37,632 bases of DNA from Opitutaceae bacterium (GCA_020847775.1 JADLBI010000195.1:1-37632); one strand, 5' to 3'. Positions 1 to 9,263 are shown, counted from the first letter of the stretch. A program made the numbers and translations. The notes: a model not told the origin generated them from the letters alone.

Positions 1-378
1 GGTGTCGCATTGCGTGAGGACGAATTTGAGCGACGCACACTCGAAGGCGTCCGTTGGAGCGAAGTTGAGCATTTGGCTCATGCGCTGAGGTTGTCACTTT
101 CACAAATCGCGCGCGCTCTCGGTATCCCTAGCTCTTCGTTTTTCTCGAGAAGAGGTAAGCGGTTCGGTATGTGGTCATCAGAAAAGATCCTGCGTTGCGA
201 CCGACTTCTAAAACTTGGGGAAAAAGTTTTCGGTGGCGGTGTAGTATCTTGGCTCCTTGCGCCAAACCCTTATCTAGGAGGTGCTACCCCTCTATCTAAA
301 GCTAGGACGGAAGCAGGAGCGCGTCAGGTAGAATTGCTGATGTTGCGAATCAACTATGGTCTCAGTGGATCTTGCTGA
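1..378 (+). CDS. Xre/MbcA/ParS-type antitoxin (HTH + DUF2384-like C-terminus), 5' end off window
   Basis: HTH-like LSQIARALGIPSSSF, then SEKILR and the C-terminal WLLAPNPYLGGATPL...TEAGARQVELL...RI-x-YG typical of RES-Xre antitoxins. Frame is open to base 1. Paralog at 21489-21893. Confidence 0.8.
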   Translation, partial: GVALREDEFERRTLEGVRWSEVEHLAHALRLSLSQIARALGIPSSSFFSRRGKRFGMWSSEKILRCDRLLKLGEKVFGGGVVSWLLAPNPYLGGATPLSKARTEAGARQVELLMLRINYGLSGSC

Positions 379-711
379 TCCTTTATGAGTCGATCAGACC
401 AAAAATTGACGGAACAGCAATGAACAACGGTGACTTGCTTACATCGGGAAGTATGTTACGCGGGACTACTCCTTTGTTAGGGCAAATTACCACGAGAGAT
501 TAAGCATCTCGTCGTAACGGATGCTTTCGATTTAAGTGCATCATCTCGACGTGATTATGCCGCCCCTAGCGATCAATTTCAGCTATCTGAACTGGACTAC
601 AGCGGCATCTTCCCTGGCAAAGCAAACGTCCGCACGGCGGGTGGCCTACGCCCAAGCCGTGAGTGGAGCACTGTTCGTATTTATTGTCCACGTTGGCAGC
701 CTATTCGACCA

Positions 712-732
712 CCACCACGAATCCCACTGCGC
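712..732 (+). repeat. Direct repeat D, copy 1 (21-bp identical core; weaker similarity about 672-755)
   Basis: CCACCACGAATCCCACTGCGC is identical at 4532-4552. Confidence 0.85.
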
Positions 733-1009
733 GAAAGAGTGAGAAACGGGGTCACGCCGAACTACCTTGGAGCTGACGAAATTCACTCCGCCGATATATC
801 GCAAATTACGGCTGCCGTCTTCGACAAAGCCCAGGAGGAACCAGATGAGCGGTAGAGGGCGGGCAAATATGTGCCCCAATATCTCCTTCACTACCGCTAG
901 TTTGTGATTGGCAGACTTCAAACCACAAAGCCTGCTCCTGTCTGACGCCCCGGTGCTCACTCCGCCATTTTCGCTGGTGGTCCGGTTGGCAATTAGCACG
1001 ATGACTGCA

Positions 1010-2389
1010 ATGAAGCTGCTCCCTCCCGCCGTTGTGGTGGACGACCAAGCCCCGTTCAAGGACGCATTGTTTGGGCGAAAAGATTTTGCGGAGTCGCTGA
1101 CATCACTGCTACGGAACGTCGAGGAGGGCCTAGTTATCTTTCTTCACGCGCCGTGGGGTGAAGGGAAGACCACCTTCGCACAGATGTGGCGGGCCTTTCT
1201 GCGAGGGCAGAAACTGGAGGTGATCTATTTCGACGCTTATGCCTCCGACTACTTCGACGACCCGTTCGTGTCCTTTTCGGGTGAAATCCTCGAGCTGGTC
1301 GATAAACGCCTTGCCGCGGAAGGCATCGCGGAGCCTCGCCGGGAATTCAAAAAGACGGCGGTCGAGGTGGGCAAGCGGCTCGCCGGCTTGGGCGCCAAGG
1401 TTGGTTTGCGCGCCCTGACGCTCGGAGCGGTCGAGTCCGGCCATCTGGGAGAATTGAAGGAGATCGGAACCGAGCTTGCCACCGGAGCCTCGGAAATTGG
1501 CGCCGATGTGATCGAAAAGCGGATCGAACATTACACGACCGAGAAGGATGCACTCAAGTCGTTCAAGAGGAGCCTTGCGAAACTCGCTGCGGTCGTCAGG
1601 GAGAAACAGGGTTTCCCGCTCACGATCGTGGTGGACGAACTCGACCGTTGCAGACCGGACTTCGCGCTGGGTTTGCTTGAACGCATTAAGCACCTCTTCG
1701 ATGTCGAGGGAATCGCGTTCATCCTTCTCGTGAATCGCGACCAGATCGAAAGCTACGTGCGCACGGTCTACGGGGAAACGGTCGATGCGCGGGCCTACCT
1801 GCTCAAGTTCGGCAACCTGTTCGTGGATCTTCCCAGCCATCAACCCGGCGAATACGAAGGGAAAGGGCGCGACGAGTTCTGCCGACGGCTTTTTCAGCAC
1901 TACGATCTGCCGGTATCTGGAGATGATAGCGACATTCTCGGTCGCAGCGTGAATCTGTTTGTCCGCCACTTCGAATTGACGCTGCGGGAGATCGAGCGGA
2001 TGTTTGCTCTGCTTGCGCTTTATTATGGGTCGCGGCCGAAGAACCAGCTCACGCACGGTTTGTTCATCGCCCTTCTGACCATCCTAAAAGTGAAGGAGCC
2101 CACGCTGTATCGCTTGCTCGCAACACAATCGATCTCCGCGGGAAAGTTCCTCTCCGAGACTCGGCTCGACCTCATTGAAAAGAGCACCGGCAACGGCGTG
2201 GACCGCACCTGGATGCTGGACATTCTCAACTTCTGCCTGCTGACCGACGAGGAACTAGCCAAGATCCCGGAAGAGATAGGGCCACGCCGCATGGGAAGTT
2301 GGCTCTTCCGTTACAACATGGACCGGCGGCGGGTTATCCCATTTTTCTGCGGGCGGATCGACCGATTTTCGCTCCAGCCCGGCACCTGA
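1010..2389 (+). CDS. KAP family P-loop NTPase
   Basis: D-x-FGRKDFA, Walker A variant APWGEGKT, YFDAY, Walker B IVVDELDRCRPD, ERIKHLF, YLLKF. Start at ATG 1010 or 1001. Confidence 0.92.
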   Translation: MKLLPPAVVVDDQAPFKDALFGRKDFAESLTSLLRNVEEGLVIFLHAPWGEGKTTFAQMWRAFLRGQKLEVIYFDAYASDYFDDPFVSFSGEILELVDKRLAAEGIAEPRREFKKTAVEVGKRLAGLGAKVGLRALTLGAVESGHLGELKEIGTELATGASEIGADVIEKRIEHYTTEKDALKSFKRSLAKLAAVVREKQGFPLTIVVDELDRCRPDFALGLLERIKHLFDVEGIAFILLVNRDQIESYVRTVYGETVDARAYLLKFGNLFVDLPSHQPGEYEGKGRDEFCRRLFQHYDLPVSGDDSDILGRSVNLFVRHFELTLREIERMFALLALYYGSRPKNQLTHGLFIALLTILKVKEPTLYRLLATQSISAGKFLSETRLDLIEKSTGNGVDRTWMLDILNFCLLTDEELAKIPEEIGPRRMGSWLFRYNMDRRRVIPFFCGRIDRFSLQPGT

Positions 2390-2415
2390 TCGGTTAAGCA
2401 CCGGACCCGTAGTCT

Positions 2416-3273
2416 ATGGCCGACTATCTCGCAAAACTGCAAAATTGCGTGCTGCCGCTACGGACACAGCTCGATCTCAACGTCGTCGGTTTTGTCTTCG
2501 AGCTGCATCAGGACGCAAACTTGCCTCCGAACCGGAGTAAATTACGTGGAATCGCTTGCGACACAACCGAGGTCTGGGTGCGCAATGTCGCAGAACCCGA
2601 CCGACCGGCGGTCAGGGCCGCCTTGGATTATCTGATCGAGATGTTGTCTTTTGCCACCGAGTCCCGCGTCGCGCTTTTCTTCGAAGAATACCCGGCAAAA
2701 TCAGGATTGTATCAGGGACGGAGCACCGTGGGGACCATTCAGGTCTGGCGGCCTCCGTTTGACGACAATGTCGAGGTGAAGAAATTCATCGAGCAATGTT
2801 ATCCGCAATACGTCGCGCTACGTGCGCCGCGCCAGCTACACGTCGTCATCGATTATATCCACCACTCGGTCTTTCAGGGCTTAGCCGAGGAAGTGAAAAT
2901 TGCTTTGGCGTGCGTGACGTTTGAATGCTTACGAGACAACTGGGCGCGCGCGGACGGTTATCCCCATATCAACGGCTATTTTCGGGAGAAGGGATTGACC
3001 GGCGCCAATCCGCCGCGGGTCGGAATCGAGCGCCACCTCTCCGAAATGTTCCGGCAAGTCGGAGTCGCTGCCGCTACCGCACAAGCGGACGCGAAGCGAA
3101 TCGTCGATATTCGCAACGAAGTCTTGCACACAGGTCTCTTCCAAGGCGTCAACAACCACCAGCATTTTGAGTTTCTGGAAACGACGCTTCGCACCTATGT
3201 GTTGCGCCTGCTTGGTTATACCGGCCGATACTTTGCTTACGTCGGTGGCACCTCGGCACCGCTGACAATCTAG
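2416..3273 (+). CDS. Putative HEPN-domain RNase (ApeA/MAE_28990-like architecture)
   Basis: C-terminal R-x4-H motif (IRNEVLHTG) preceded by a helix with a conserved E (ACVTFECL). Starts 26 bp after the KAP gene. Confidence 0.65.
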   Translation: MADYLAKLQNCVLPLRTQLDLNVVGFVFELHQDANLPPNRSKLRGIACDTTEVWVRNVAEPDRPAVRAALDYLIEMLSFATESRVALFFEEYPAKSGLYQGRSTVGTIQVWRPPFDDNVEVKKFIEQCYPQYVALRAPRQLHVVIDYIHHSVFQGLAEEVKIALACVTFECLRDNWARADGYPHINGYFREKGLTGANPPRVGIERHLSEMFRQVGVAAATAQADAKRIVDIRNEVLHTGLFQGVNNHQHFEFLETTLRTYVLRLLGYTGRYFAYVGGTSAPLTI

Positions 3274-3354
3274 AATTCTCCCGCGCCTTCGAGATGCGGG
3301 GTAGCTGTTACGCCCGACCGCTTCCGGGAAACAGTTGCGAAGGACCGCGGCACC

Positions 3355-4107
3355 TCATAGCCGCTCCGCACCGACCGAGAGCTCACTAGGAGTAGCCAAC
3401 TCAACGCCGGCTCGCTTCGCCATCCATCGAACATCGGAATCCTCGGAAACGATCGAAAAGCCATAAAGGAGAGCCTCCGCAATGAGCATCGGGTCTCCCC
3501 GGAGATTGAGGTAGTCTGGCCGCAACAGACGAGCCGCATCCGCTGCCCTCGACTGCTGCACGTAGGCCGCCAACAGCAATTCTGCAGCGCGGGCGCTCAG
3601 AGTGTAGTTATTCAGGCACGGCAGGAGGATCGCATTAAGTAGACTTTGGATTGTTGCCGGAGAACGCGAAAAATGTTGATCCACTCGACGCCGGAACGCG
3701 GCCGCAGCGCTTTCTCGATCTTTCTGGTGCTGCGCGGAGTTTTTGGACAGCGGCGGAATCTGATTTAAGACCGCTCGGTAGTGCGGCGACACCCTATGAA
3801 ACCCAATGTGAGGTTTCGGAGTTGGAGAGATTTCTGTGACAAACATATTAGGAAACCCCTCTGGTGGGATATTGGAAAAAAGGACGCCGTCGAGATTCTC
3901 GGCCTCTTCGCAATGGGTGGCCCCAATCACGAAGTTTAACTGAGGGAATCGCCTAGCCAGCCGTTTGGGGCTGCTGTTGGTGTCTACCAGATATGTTTTG
4001 GTGGCCCGGAGTCTTGCCAACAGGTCACCAGTCCCATTTCCACCTCGAAGATTTAGCTCGAGATCGTAAATGTAGAATTCGTGCTTTGTTAGCGAAGGGA
4101 CGACCAT
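3355..4107 (-). CDS. Hypothetical protein, putative PIN-like nuclease
   Basis: YLVDTNS near the N-terminus and GDPMLIAEA...IVSEDSDV near the C-terminus match the PIN acidic-residue pattern. Start placed at ATG 4107. Confidence 0.55.
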   Translation of the reverse strand: MVVPSLTKHEFYIYDLELNLRGGNGTGDLLARLRATKTYLVDTNSSPKRLARRFPQLNFVIGATHCEEAENLDGVLFSNIPPEGFPNMFVTEISPTPKPHIGFHRVSPHYRAVLNQIPPLSKNSAQHQKDRESAAAAFRRRVDQHFSRSPATIQSLLNAILLPCLNNYTLSARAAELLLAAYVQQSRAADAARLLRPDYLNLRGDPMLIAEALLYGFSIVSEDSDVRWMAKRAGVELATPSELSVGAERL

Positions 4108-4393
4108 TTTTGTTGCGTCAATTATGCACCAGTTTGTCGGGATCGCGAGAGCACTTTCTTCGTTTGACCGACTAGCAGTTGATTCGAGTCGACTCGACGA
4201 ACGTGACAACCCCAGTCTCACTAAAGAGCACAATTCGAGGCAGTCCAAAATGGGTCAGATATTCGACATAAAGATCTTCGATTGCGGCCAAACGAGAGCA
4301 TGGATCATTTCTTGATCAAGGGCTCATAAAACGCCGAACCCATGAACGGGGACCTAACTCGTTCCAACAGAGGCTCACCATTGAACCATTGCG

Positions 4394-4436
4394 AATGACG
4401 AGGTTAGTCTCGCGAAAAGACACTAACCTCGTCATT
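4394..4436. repeat. Perfect 15-bp inverted repeat
   Basis: AATGACGAGGTTAGT (4394-4408), 13-nt spacer, ACTAACCTCGTCATT (4422-4436). Confidence 0.9.
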
Positions 4437-4531
4437 TTATTTCCGCCACTTACTGCGGAAATCGGTAAGGCGGTGATTGGCATAGTGCGCCTAACGGTCT
4501 TCATCGCCCGCGTGGTCAGCTTCTACGGCCG

Positions 4532-4552
4532 CCACCACGAATCCCACTGCGC
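4532..4552 (+). repeat. Direct repeat D, copy 2
   Basis: Identical to 712-732. Confidence 0.85.
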
Positions 4553-4610
4553 CAAAGGATGAACAAACTGGTCACCGTGTTTGTGCAACGTCAGCCGCTT
4601 TGGAACCTTC

Positions 4611-5333
4611 CTATCCACAACACTTGTGCCAAGAGTGATAGAGGTCGATGGGCGTGGCTGGCCGGCCGTCAGACCATGAAAACAAACGGTGATGTGTAGT
4701 CAGGTGAAGGCCTTGACAATCTTTGCTATTAGGCTCGATCACGCAGGATAAGGCTGTGGGCTGGCCGAGACCGATGCGGGTCTTGGGGGTAGATAGAGCA
4801 TCTACAAGGTCTCGGTTGATTTGAAATCCATCTCGCACATAGGCGACCATTAATCCTTGCTCCATCGCAGAAGCATAAGCTCCACAAATGAAGCGCTCGA
4901 TACCCGAAGTTTTTTTTCCGACCGCGCAGTAATGATCACGAAGGAGGTGTGCGCGGTCGACGGGCTTGCACTCAGCGAACAGCGCGTCCTGCACACGATT
5001 GTGTGTGTGTCGAAGCTCTCTATTAAGGCGGAAGACAAGGTCTGGTTTCCTTCCGATACTTGATTCGTCGTGATTGGCGGCAGCGCTCTCTCGCGTCACA
5101 CTGCGAATAAAACCGAGATCAAGATCGGTACCTTCATCCTGTATTCGCCGGTTCTCAAACATCTCTTCCAAGCGGAACGTAATGTCATCCTCGCCCGCGA
5201 CAGCCAGATCGAATCCGTCCGTCCGAATCATTTCAAAGGCCCTCACCAGCGCAAAGTGAATGGCATAGATCCACCTTTCTTTGAGCCGGGGGTGCGGCAC
5301 TTGATAAGCACGGGTGAAGAATCCGGGAGTCAT
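4611..5333 (-). CDS. Putative PD-(D/E)xK endonuclease
   Basis: EDDIT helix, then KPDLVF...FAECK motif. The start overlaps the MTase stop (ATGA, 5330-5333). Confidence 0.7.
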   Translation of the reverse strand: MTPGFFTRAYQVPHPRLKERWIYAIHFALVRAFEMIRTDGFDLAVAGEDDITFRLEEMFENRRIQDEGTDLDLGFIRSVTRESAAANHDESSIGRKPDLVFRLNRELRHTHNRVQDALFAECKPVDRAHLLRDHYCAVGKKTSGIERFICGAYASAMEQGLMVAYVRDGFQINRDLVDALSTPKTRIGLGQPTALSCVIEPNSKDCQGLHLTTHHRLFSWSDGRPATPIDLYHSWHKCCG

Positions 5334-8300
5334 TTACGGACAGGCAGAGGAAAGCACTGATCCAGATGTTCTTCGACAATGTGCATGGCGCAGAGTCTAG
5401 CCCGACTTTGCGTCCAGAACCGACGCTTATTGAGAAGACCGAGGACAAGACCACCCTCGGGCAAATGCATGACAACTCGGCTTGCTGCACTGGCGCTAGC
5501 TTCTGCGACGAGGCTAGCGATAAACTTAGGTGATGGTTCCCATCTGTCGCCATCCATTAGCAAAGTCAAAAAAACCCATGGCTGTCGCCAGTCTCCTTCT
5601 AACCTAGGGATCAGCGATACCTTCACTTTCTGCCCCACTGCTTTGAAGAATGGTTGAATTGATCGCTCGAAAGTGCGGACAAAAGCTGATGCATCCTCTC
5701 TCGGCACGGAACGCATGGCCTGCTCGCGCACCACGGCGTAGGGGCCATTGAAAGTGACGGTATCCGTCACCACCTGCTGCTCGGCCTTTGTGAGACCGAA
5801 CAAACCGCCTACGAATGAATCCAAGGCCTTCCAGTCTCTTTCGACATGAGAATCCAGCATGTCAGCAAGCTGTATGGCTTTGGTCCGCTGCTCTTTGGTG
5901 AACTTTTCGATCTCAGGAAACGGAAAGGCGTCGATATCAGACTTGTCCAAGATGCGCTTACGAGCGCCCATTTGAGCACTACGCATGTAGCTGAAATGTT
6001 GGAAGAGCTGACTGTGAGCGATGATGTGCAACAATGCACTCAGCAAAGCCGAATCTTTGTGCCAATAAGCTGTGTATCCAAAAAAGTTTTTTGAGAATGC
6101 CATCTTCCGCTTTGGAAGACGGAATGATTTGGCATCGTCTCGATCCTCGCCAGGACCTCGGCTGATACAAACTAATGGACTTCTAAAATTGCTCTCTGAC
6201 TTCGTGCGCTGGGGTTCAAATTCGCCATGCCGCTCGCGGTATGTCGGATAGCGCCCGTTGCTCAACAGGTCCGACGTTTCACCGTCGAATACCTCAAGAT
6301 CAATCAGCCAATCGGGACATGGGAGTGGCTGCTTTGTAGATTTATCCAATTTAAAAGGCCTGATATCCACGCCTCGGCAACTCACTGGCTTGTCGTGTTG
6401 CCAAAAAGTGCCAATGGATAGTTTATTCGCCGCCTTGCAGAGCCTCTGCATCACTTGCACATCCAAAGTGCTTCCGATGGCTAGCGTCTTACACAGCCAA
6501 GGTGTTTCGATGACGGCCTGTGAGGTGACTTGATAGGCGGATTTGTAATCGAGGCGGAACTCACCTCGGCTGGCGAGTTCATCTTCCCGCACGGGAGTGG
6601 CGAGATGGAAGGCGTGGGAATCCAGATCGGGCTTCGCGTTCCGGCTCCAGAGTAGAATCCAAGGCATTTTCATGTCCTTCCACACGGGCGTCTCCTCAAG
6701 ATCTGAGCCATTCAATATGCCGGTGACTTGCATGGCACGGAACCAAGCATTTCTGGCCGCGATGCCAGTTGGCGTTTGTTTGAGAATAAAACGGGCGTCC
6801 AAAGCGAAAGCCAAGAAGCCGCCAGGCCGCGCCCACTCGGCAGCACGCCAGAGGAACGGCAGGTCAGGGACTCCTCCAGGGTTGCTGTAGGATGAGGCCG
6901 CGTCATCCAGACCGCGCGATTTCAAAACACGCTCGGCGGTTCTGGTTCCTGCCCGATCTAACGCCCTACTGCGCTCCGGGTCGTTCACTATACTCCATGG
7001 CGGATTCCCCACAACTACATCGAACTCGCCGTCGAATTGCCTCTGATCTACACCCTCACCTAAACTGCCGAGCACGAAACCGGTTTGGGTTCGTTCGTGC
7101 TCTGTGCGTTGATCGAAGAGTACCAATCCTTGCAACGCCTTGGTAGCATGATGGGCAGACGGTGGTGTGGTGATCTCATTTAATTCGATGACGGTCACAT
7201 AAAGTCCCAAAGCGGCCAGACGGAGGGCGGACTCGCTTACGTCGAATCCACGAATCTGATTATGGAGGATGCTCTCAATGACCTGCTTGCTTGGACGGCG
7301 CGCAGAGTCGCCAAGACGCGCCTTATCGGCAGCCCATCGGCGGCGCACCAATTCACGGAGAGCAAGAACTAGAAACACCCCAGCACCGCAAGCGGGGTCG
7401 AGAACTTTGGCCTTATGTGCTGGTGTCTCCAATCCGGCCAGGGCTTCATCCACAAGCAGCTTGGCAAGACTGCGTGGTGTGTAGTGCACGGAGCGAGCTT
7501 TGGAATCGAGATCATCCACTCGATGACTGAAATTCTCATATACCTGACTCAGCACGCCAATAGGAATGTGCCGGAAATTGAGTTCATCCCAGTCGATGCC
7601 TAGCAATTGCTGTTCTTTCACCTTGTCCCAGCCGCGCAGAATAGCCTCCAAGTGCTCAAAGACGCTATTCCCAGATTCGGAACCAACTTTCTCGAAAACC
7701 TCCTTATAGGCTTTGGTGCGTTTTGCTTCAGAGGCATCCAGCGGCAATGGATCAATCAGAGGCAGGAGGTCGCCATTAAAGGTGATGTCGAGCCAAGTTG
7801 AGGTCTGTGCCGCCCGCTCAGGTGTGGAAAACACCCGCCGCAGTCGAAATTCCTTGGAGTCACTTATCGCCGCTGGGCAAATGTCCTTGATCAGATCATC
7901 TGTCACTATCTCGCGATCCACCAAAAATCGAAAAAATAGCGCACGGCCCGTCATCGAGAGCACCGTCAGCCCATCGAGGTTCTTTTTGATCACTAGTTCA
8001 TCCACCGCCTTGTCGAGTAGTGTTTTGATCTCTTCAAAAACGGGATCGGAAGCCTTGGGTTGACCTTTAAGATCGGGCAGTGAGCCGGTGGCGATCTGGT
8101 CGAACAAAAACGGCGCACGCGGATCGGCAGCCCGAAAAGTTTGTCCGATACCCTTTTCGTTCAGGGTCCTGCGGTCGAGATTCAGTGGGTAAATGACTAA
8201 CTCGCCGGGCCGGACAACTGCTAGGACAGCATGATCGCCACGATTCGCCAGACGCTGCTGAAGGTTGATTCGCTCCAATGTATCAGGTTCGCCTACCTCG

Positions 8301-8524
8301 CCATCCAGTAGATACATCACAGGTTTTCCCTGAAATTCCGCCACGGCATCAGGGAGCCGGGAAACCTCTGCCTGCACTTGGTCCGACAGCAAGTCGAGGT
8401 ATGGAACATGATCGGGCGAGTGCTTTTGATTATTTCGCAGCGAAACAATACCTGAGCTTGGGCAGCCGAAGGCCTTCACAATATAGGCCAGCCGTTGGTC
8501 GTTTTGGGAGAGAGTCGCCGTCAT
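5330..8524 (-). CDS. N6-adenine DNA methyltransferase, large type IIG/Eco57I-like with C-terminal specificity region
   Basis: IPIGVLSQVYE, HYTP, motif I VLDPACGAGVFL, motif IV VVGNPPW; 1064 aa. Confidence 0.92.
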   Translation of the reverse strand: MTATLSQNDQRLAYIVKAFGCPSSGIVSLRNNQKHSPDHVPYLDLLSDQVQAEVSRLPDAVAEFQGKPVMYLLDGEVGEPDTLERINLQQRLANRGDHAVLAVVRPGELVIYPLNLDRRTLNEKGIGQTFRAADPRAPFLFDQIATGSLPDLKGQPKASDPVFEEIKTLLDKAVDELVIKKNLDGLTVLSMTGRALFFRFLVDREIVTDDLIKDICPAAISDSKEFRLRRVFSTPERAAQTSTWLDITFNGDLLPLIDPLPLDASEAKRTKAYKEVFEKVGSESGNSVFEHLEAILRGWDKVKEQQLLGIDWDELNFRHIPIGVLSQVYENFSHRVDDLDSKARSVHYTPRSLAKLLVDEALAGLETPAHKAKVLDPACGAGVFLVLALRELVRRRWAADKARLGDSARRPSKQVIESILHNQIRGFDVSESALRLAALGLYVTVIELNEITTPPSAHHATKALQGLVLFDQRTEHERTQTGFVLGSLGEGVDQRQFDGEFDVVVGNPPWSIVNDPERSRALDRAGTRTAERVLKSRGLDDAASSYSNPGGVPDLPFLWRAAEWARPGGFLAFALDARFILKQTPTGIAARNAWFRAMQVTGILNGSDLEETPVWKDMKMPWILLWSRNAKPDLDSHAFHLATPVREDELASRGEFRLDYKSAYQVTSQAVIETPWLCKTLAIGSTLDVQVMQRLCKAANKLSIGTFWQHDKPVSCRGVDIRPFKLDKSTKQPLPCPDWLIDLEVFDGETSDLLSNGRYPTYRERHGEFEPQRTKSESNFRSPLVCISRGPGEDRDDAKSFRLPKRKMAFSKNFFGYTAYWHKDSALLSALLHIIAHSQLFQHFSYMRSAQMGARKRILDKSDIDAFPFPEIEKFTKEQRTKAIQLADMLDSHVERDWKALDSFVGGLFGLTKAEQQVVTDTVTFNGPYAVVREQAMRSVPREDASAFVRTFERSIQPFFKAVGQKVKVSLIPRLEGDWRQPWVFLTLLMDGDRWEPSPKFIASLVAEASASAASRVVMHLPEGGLVLGLLNKRRFWTQSRARLCAMHIVEEHLDQCFPLPVRK

Positions 8525-8526
8525 GG

Positions 8527-9159
8527 TCAGATAAATCGGCGAATGGTTCCCACCAGCACGCCTGCGAGGCGGAAGGATTGCTTGATCTGCTCAGATGATA
8601 CGACGCGGTCAGCGTAATCCGGATTCTCAGCTTGGAGACGGAGACCCCGCTTGTTTTTAAAGACACGCTTCAAGGTGGCTTCTTCGTCTATGACGACAGC
8701 AGCAATGTCGCCATCCGAGAACTCAGGCCCCGACCGCAACACTGCGATGTCACCGTCAAATATGCCCGCGTTCATCATGCTGTCCCCTTTCACGCGAAGA
8801 GCGAAAAGACTGCTGCCACTAAACAAACCTCTTGGCAGTGGAAGGATTTCCTCAGCTTCCTCTAGGGCAAAAATCGGCAGCCCCGCAGCGACTCGTCCCA
8901 CTAGCGGCACGGCTACGGTCTGGTCTACTCTGGTTTGTCGCAGAGGTCTAGTTACACGCAGGGAACGAGGACTTTTAGGTATGCGGTCCAACCGCCCCTT
9001 CTTCTGTAGAGCGCCAAGGTGCTGCTGAGCAGTTGAAGTGCTAGACCAGCCGAAGTGACGCGACACCTCCTTCATCGTGGGGGGGTGCCCGTTCTGAGCC
9101 GTTGACTGCTCAACAAAGGCGAGAACTTTGGATTGGGTACTGGTGAGGGACTCTGCCAT
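8527..9159 (-). CDS. lexA: LexA repressor
   Basis: wHTH (PPTMKEVSRHFGWSSTSTAQQHL), cleavage site VAAG-LP, catalytic Ser (GDSM) and Lys (ATLKR). Start at ATG 9159. Confidence 0.95.
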   Translation of the reverse strand: MAESLTSTQSKVLAFVEQSTAQNGHPPTMKEVSRHFGWSSTSTAQQHLGALQKKGRLDRIPKSPRSLRVTRPLRQTRVDQTVAVPLVGRVAAGLPIFALEEAEEILPLPRGLFSGSSLFALRVKGDSMMNAGIFDGDIAVLRSGPEFSDGDIAAVVIDEEATLKRVFKNKRGLRLQAENPDYADRVVSSEQIKQSFRLAGVLVGTIRRFI

Positions 9160-9166
9160 AAAACCG

Positions 9167-9194
9167 CGGATACCGTAAAGACATACGGTATCCG
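9167..9194. promoter_or_regulatory. Candidate autoregulatory operator upstream of lexA
   Basis: Perfect 11-bp inverted repeat CGGATACCGTA-N6-TACGGTATCCG, separated from the lexA ATG by 7 bp. Confidence 0.6.
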
Positions 9195-9263
9195 ATATGG
9201 CGAGCATTTGTCCACAATCGTCTTAAAAAAAGCACCCTCTTAGCTTTCAATGTTCCGACAGAT

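Noticed and set aside
383-391. TTATGAGTC matches the spliced tRNA-Ile2 anticodon loop and lies near a cargo junction (possible att remnant)
   Set aside because: Only 9 bp, with no T-arm or acceptor sequence alongside and no integrase in the window; compatible with chance.
4352-4409. attC-like ACCTAAC…GTTAGTC segment
   Set aside because: No convincing L boxes, R' deviates from GTTRRRY, and there is no integron integrase or second similar site.
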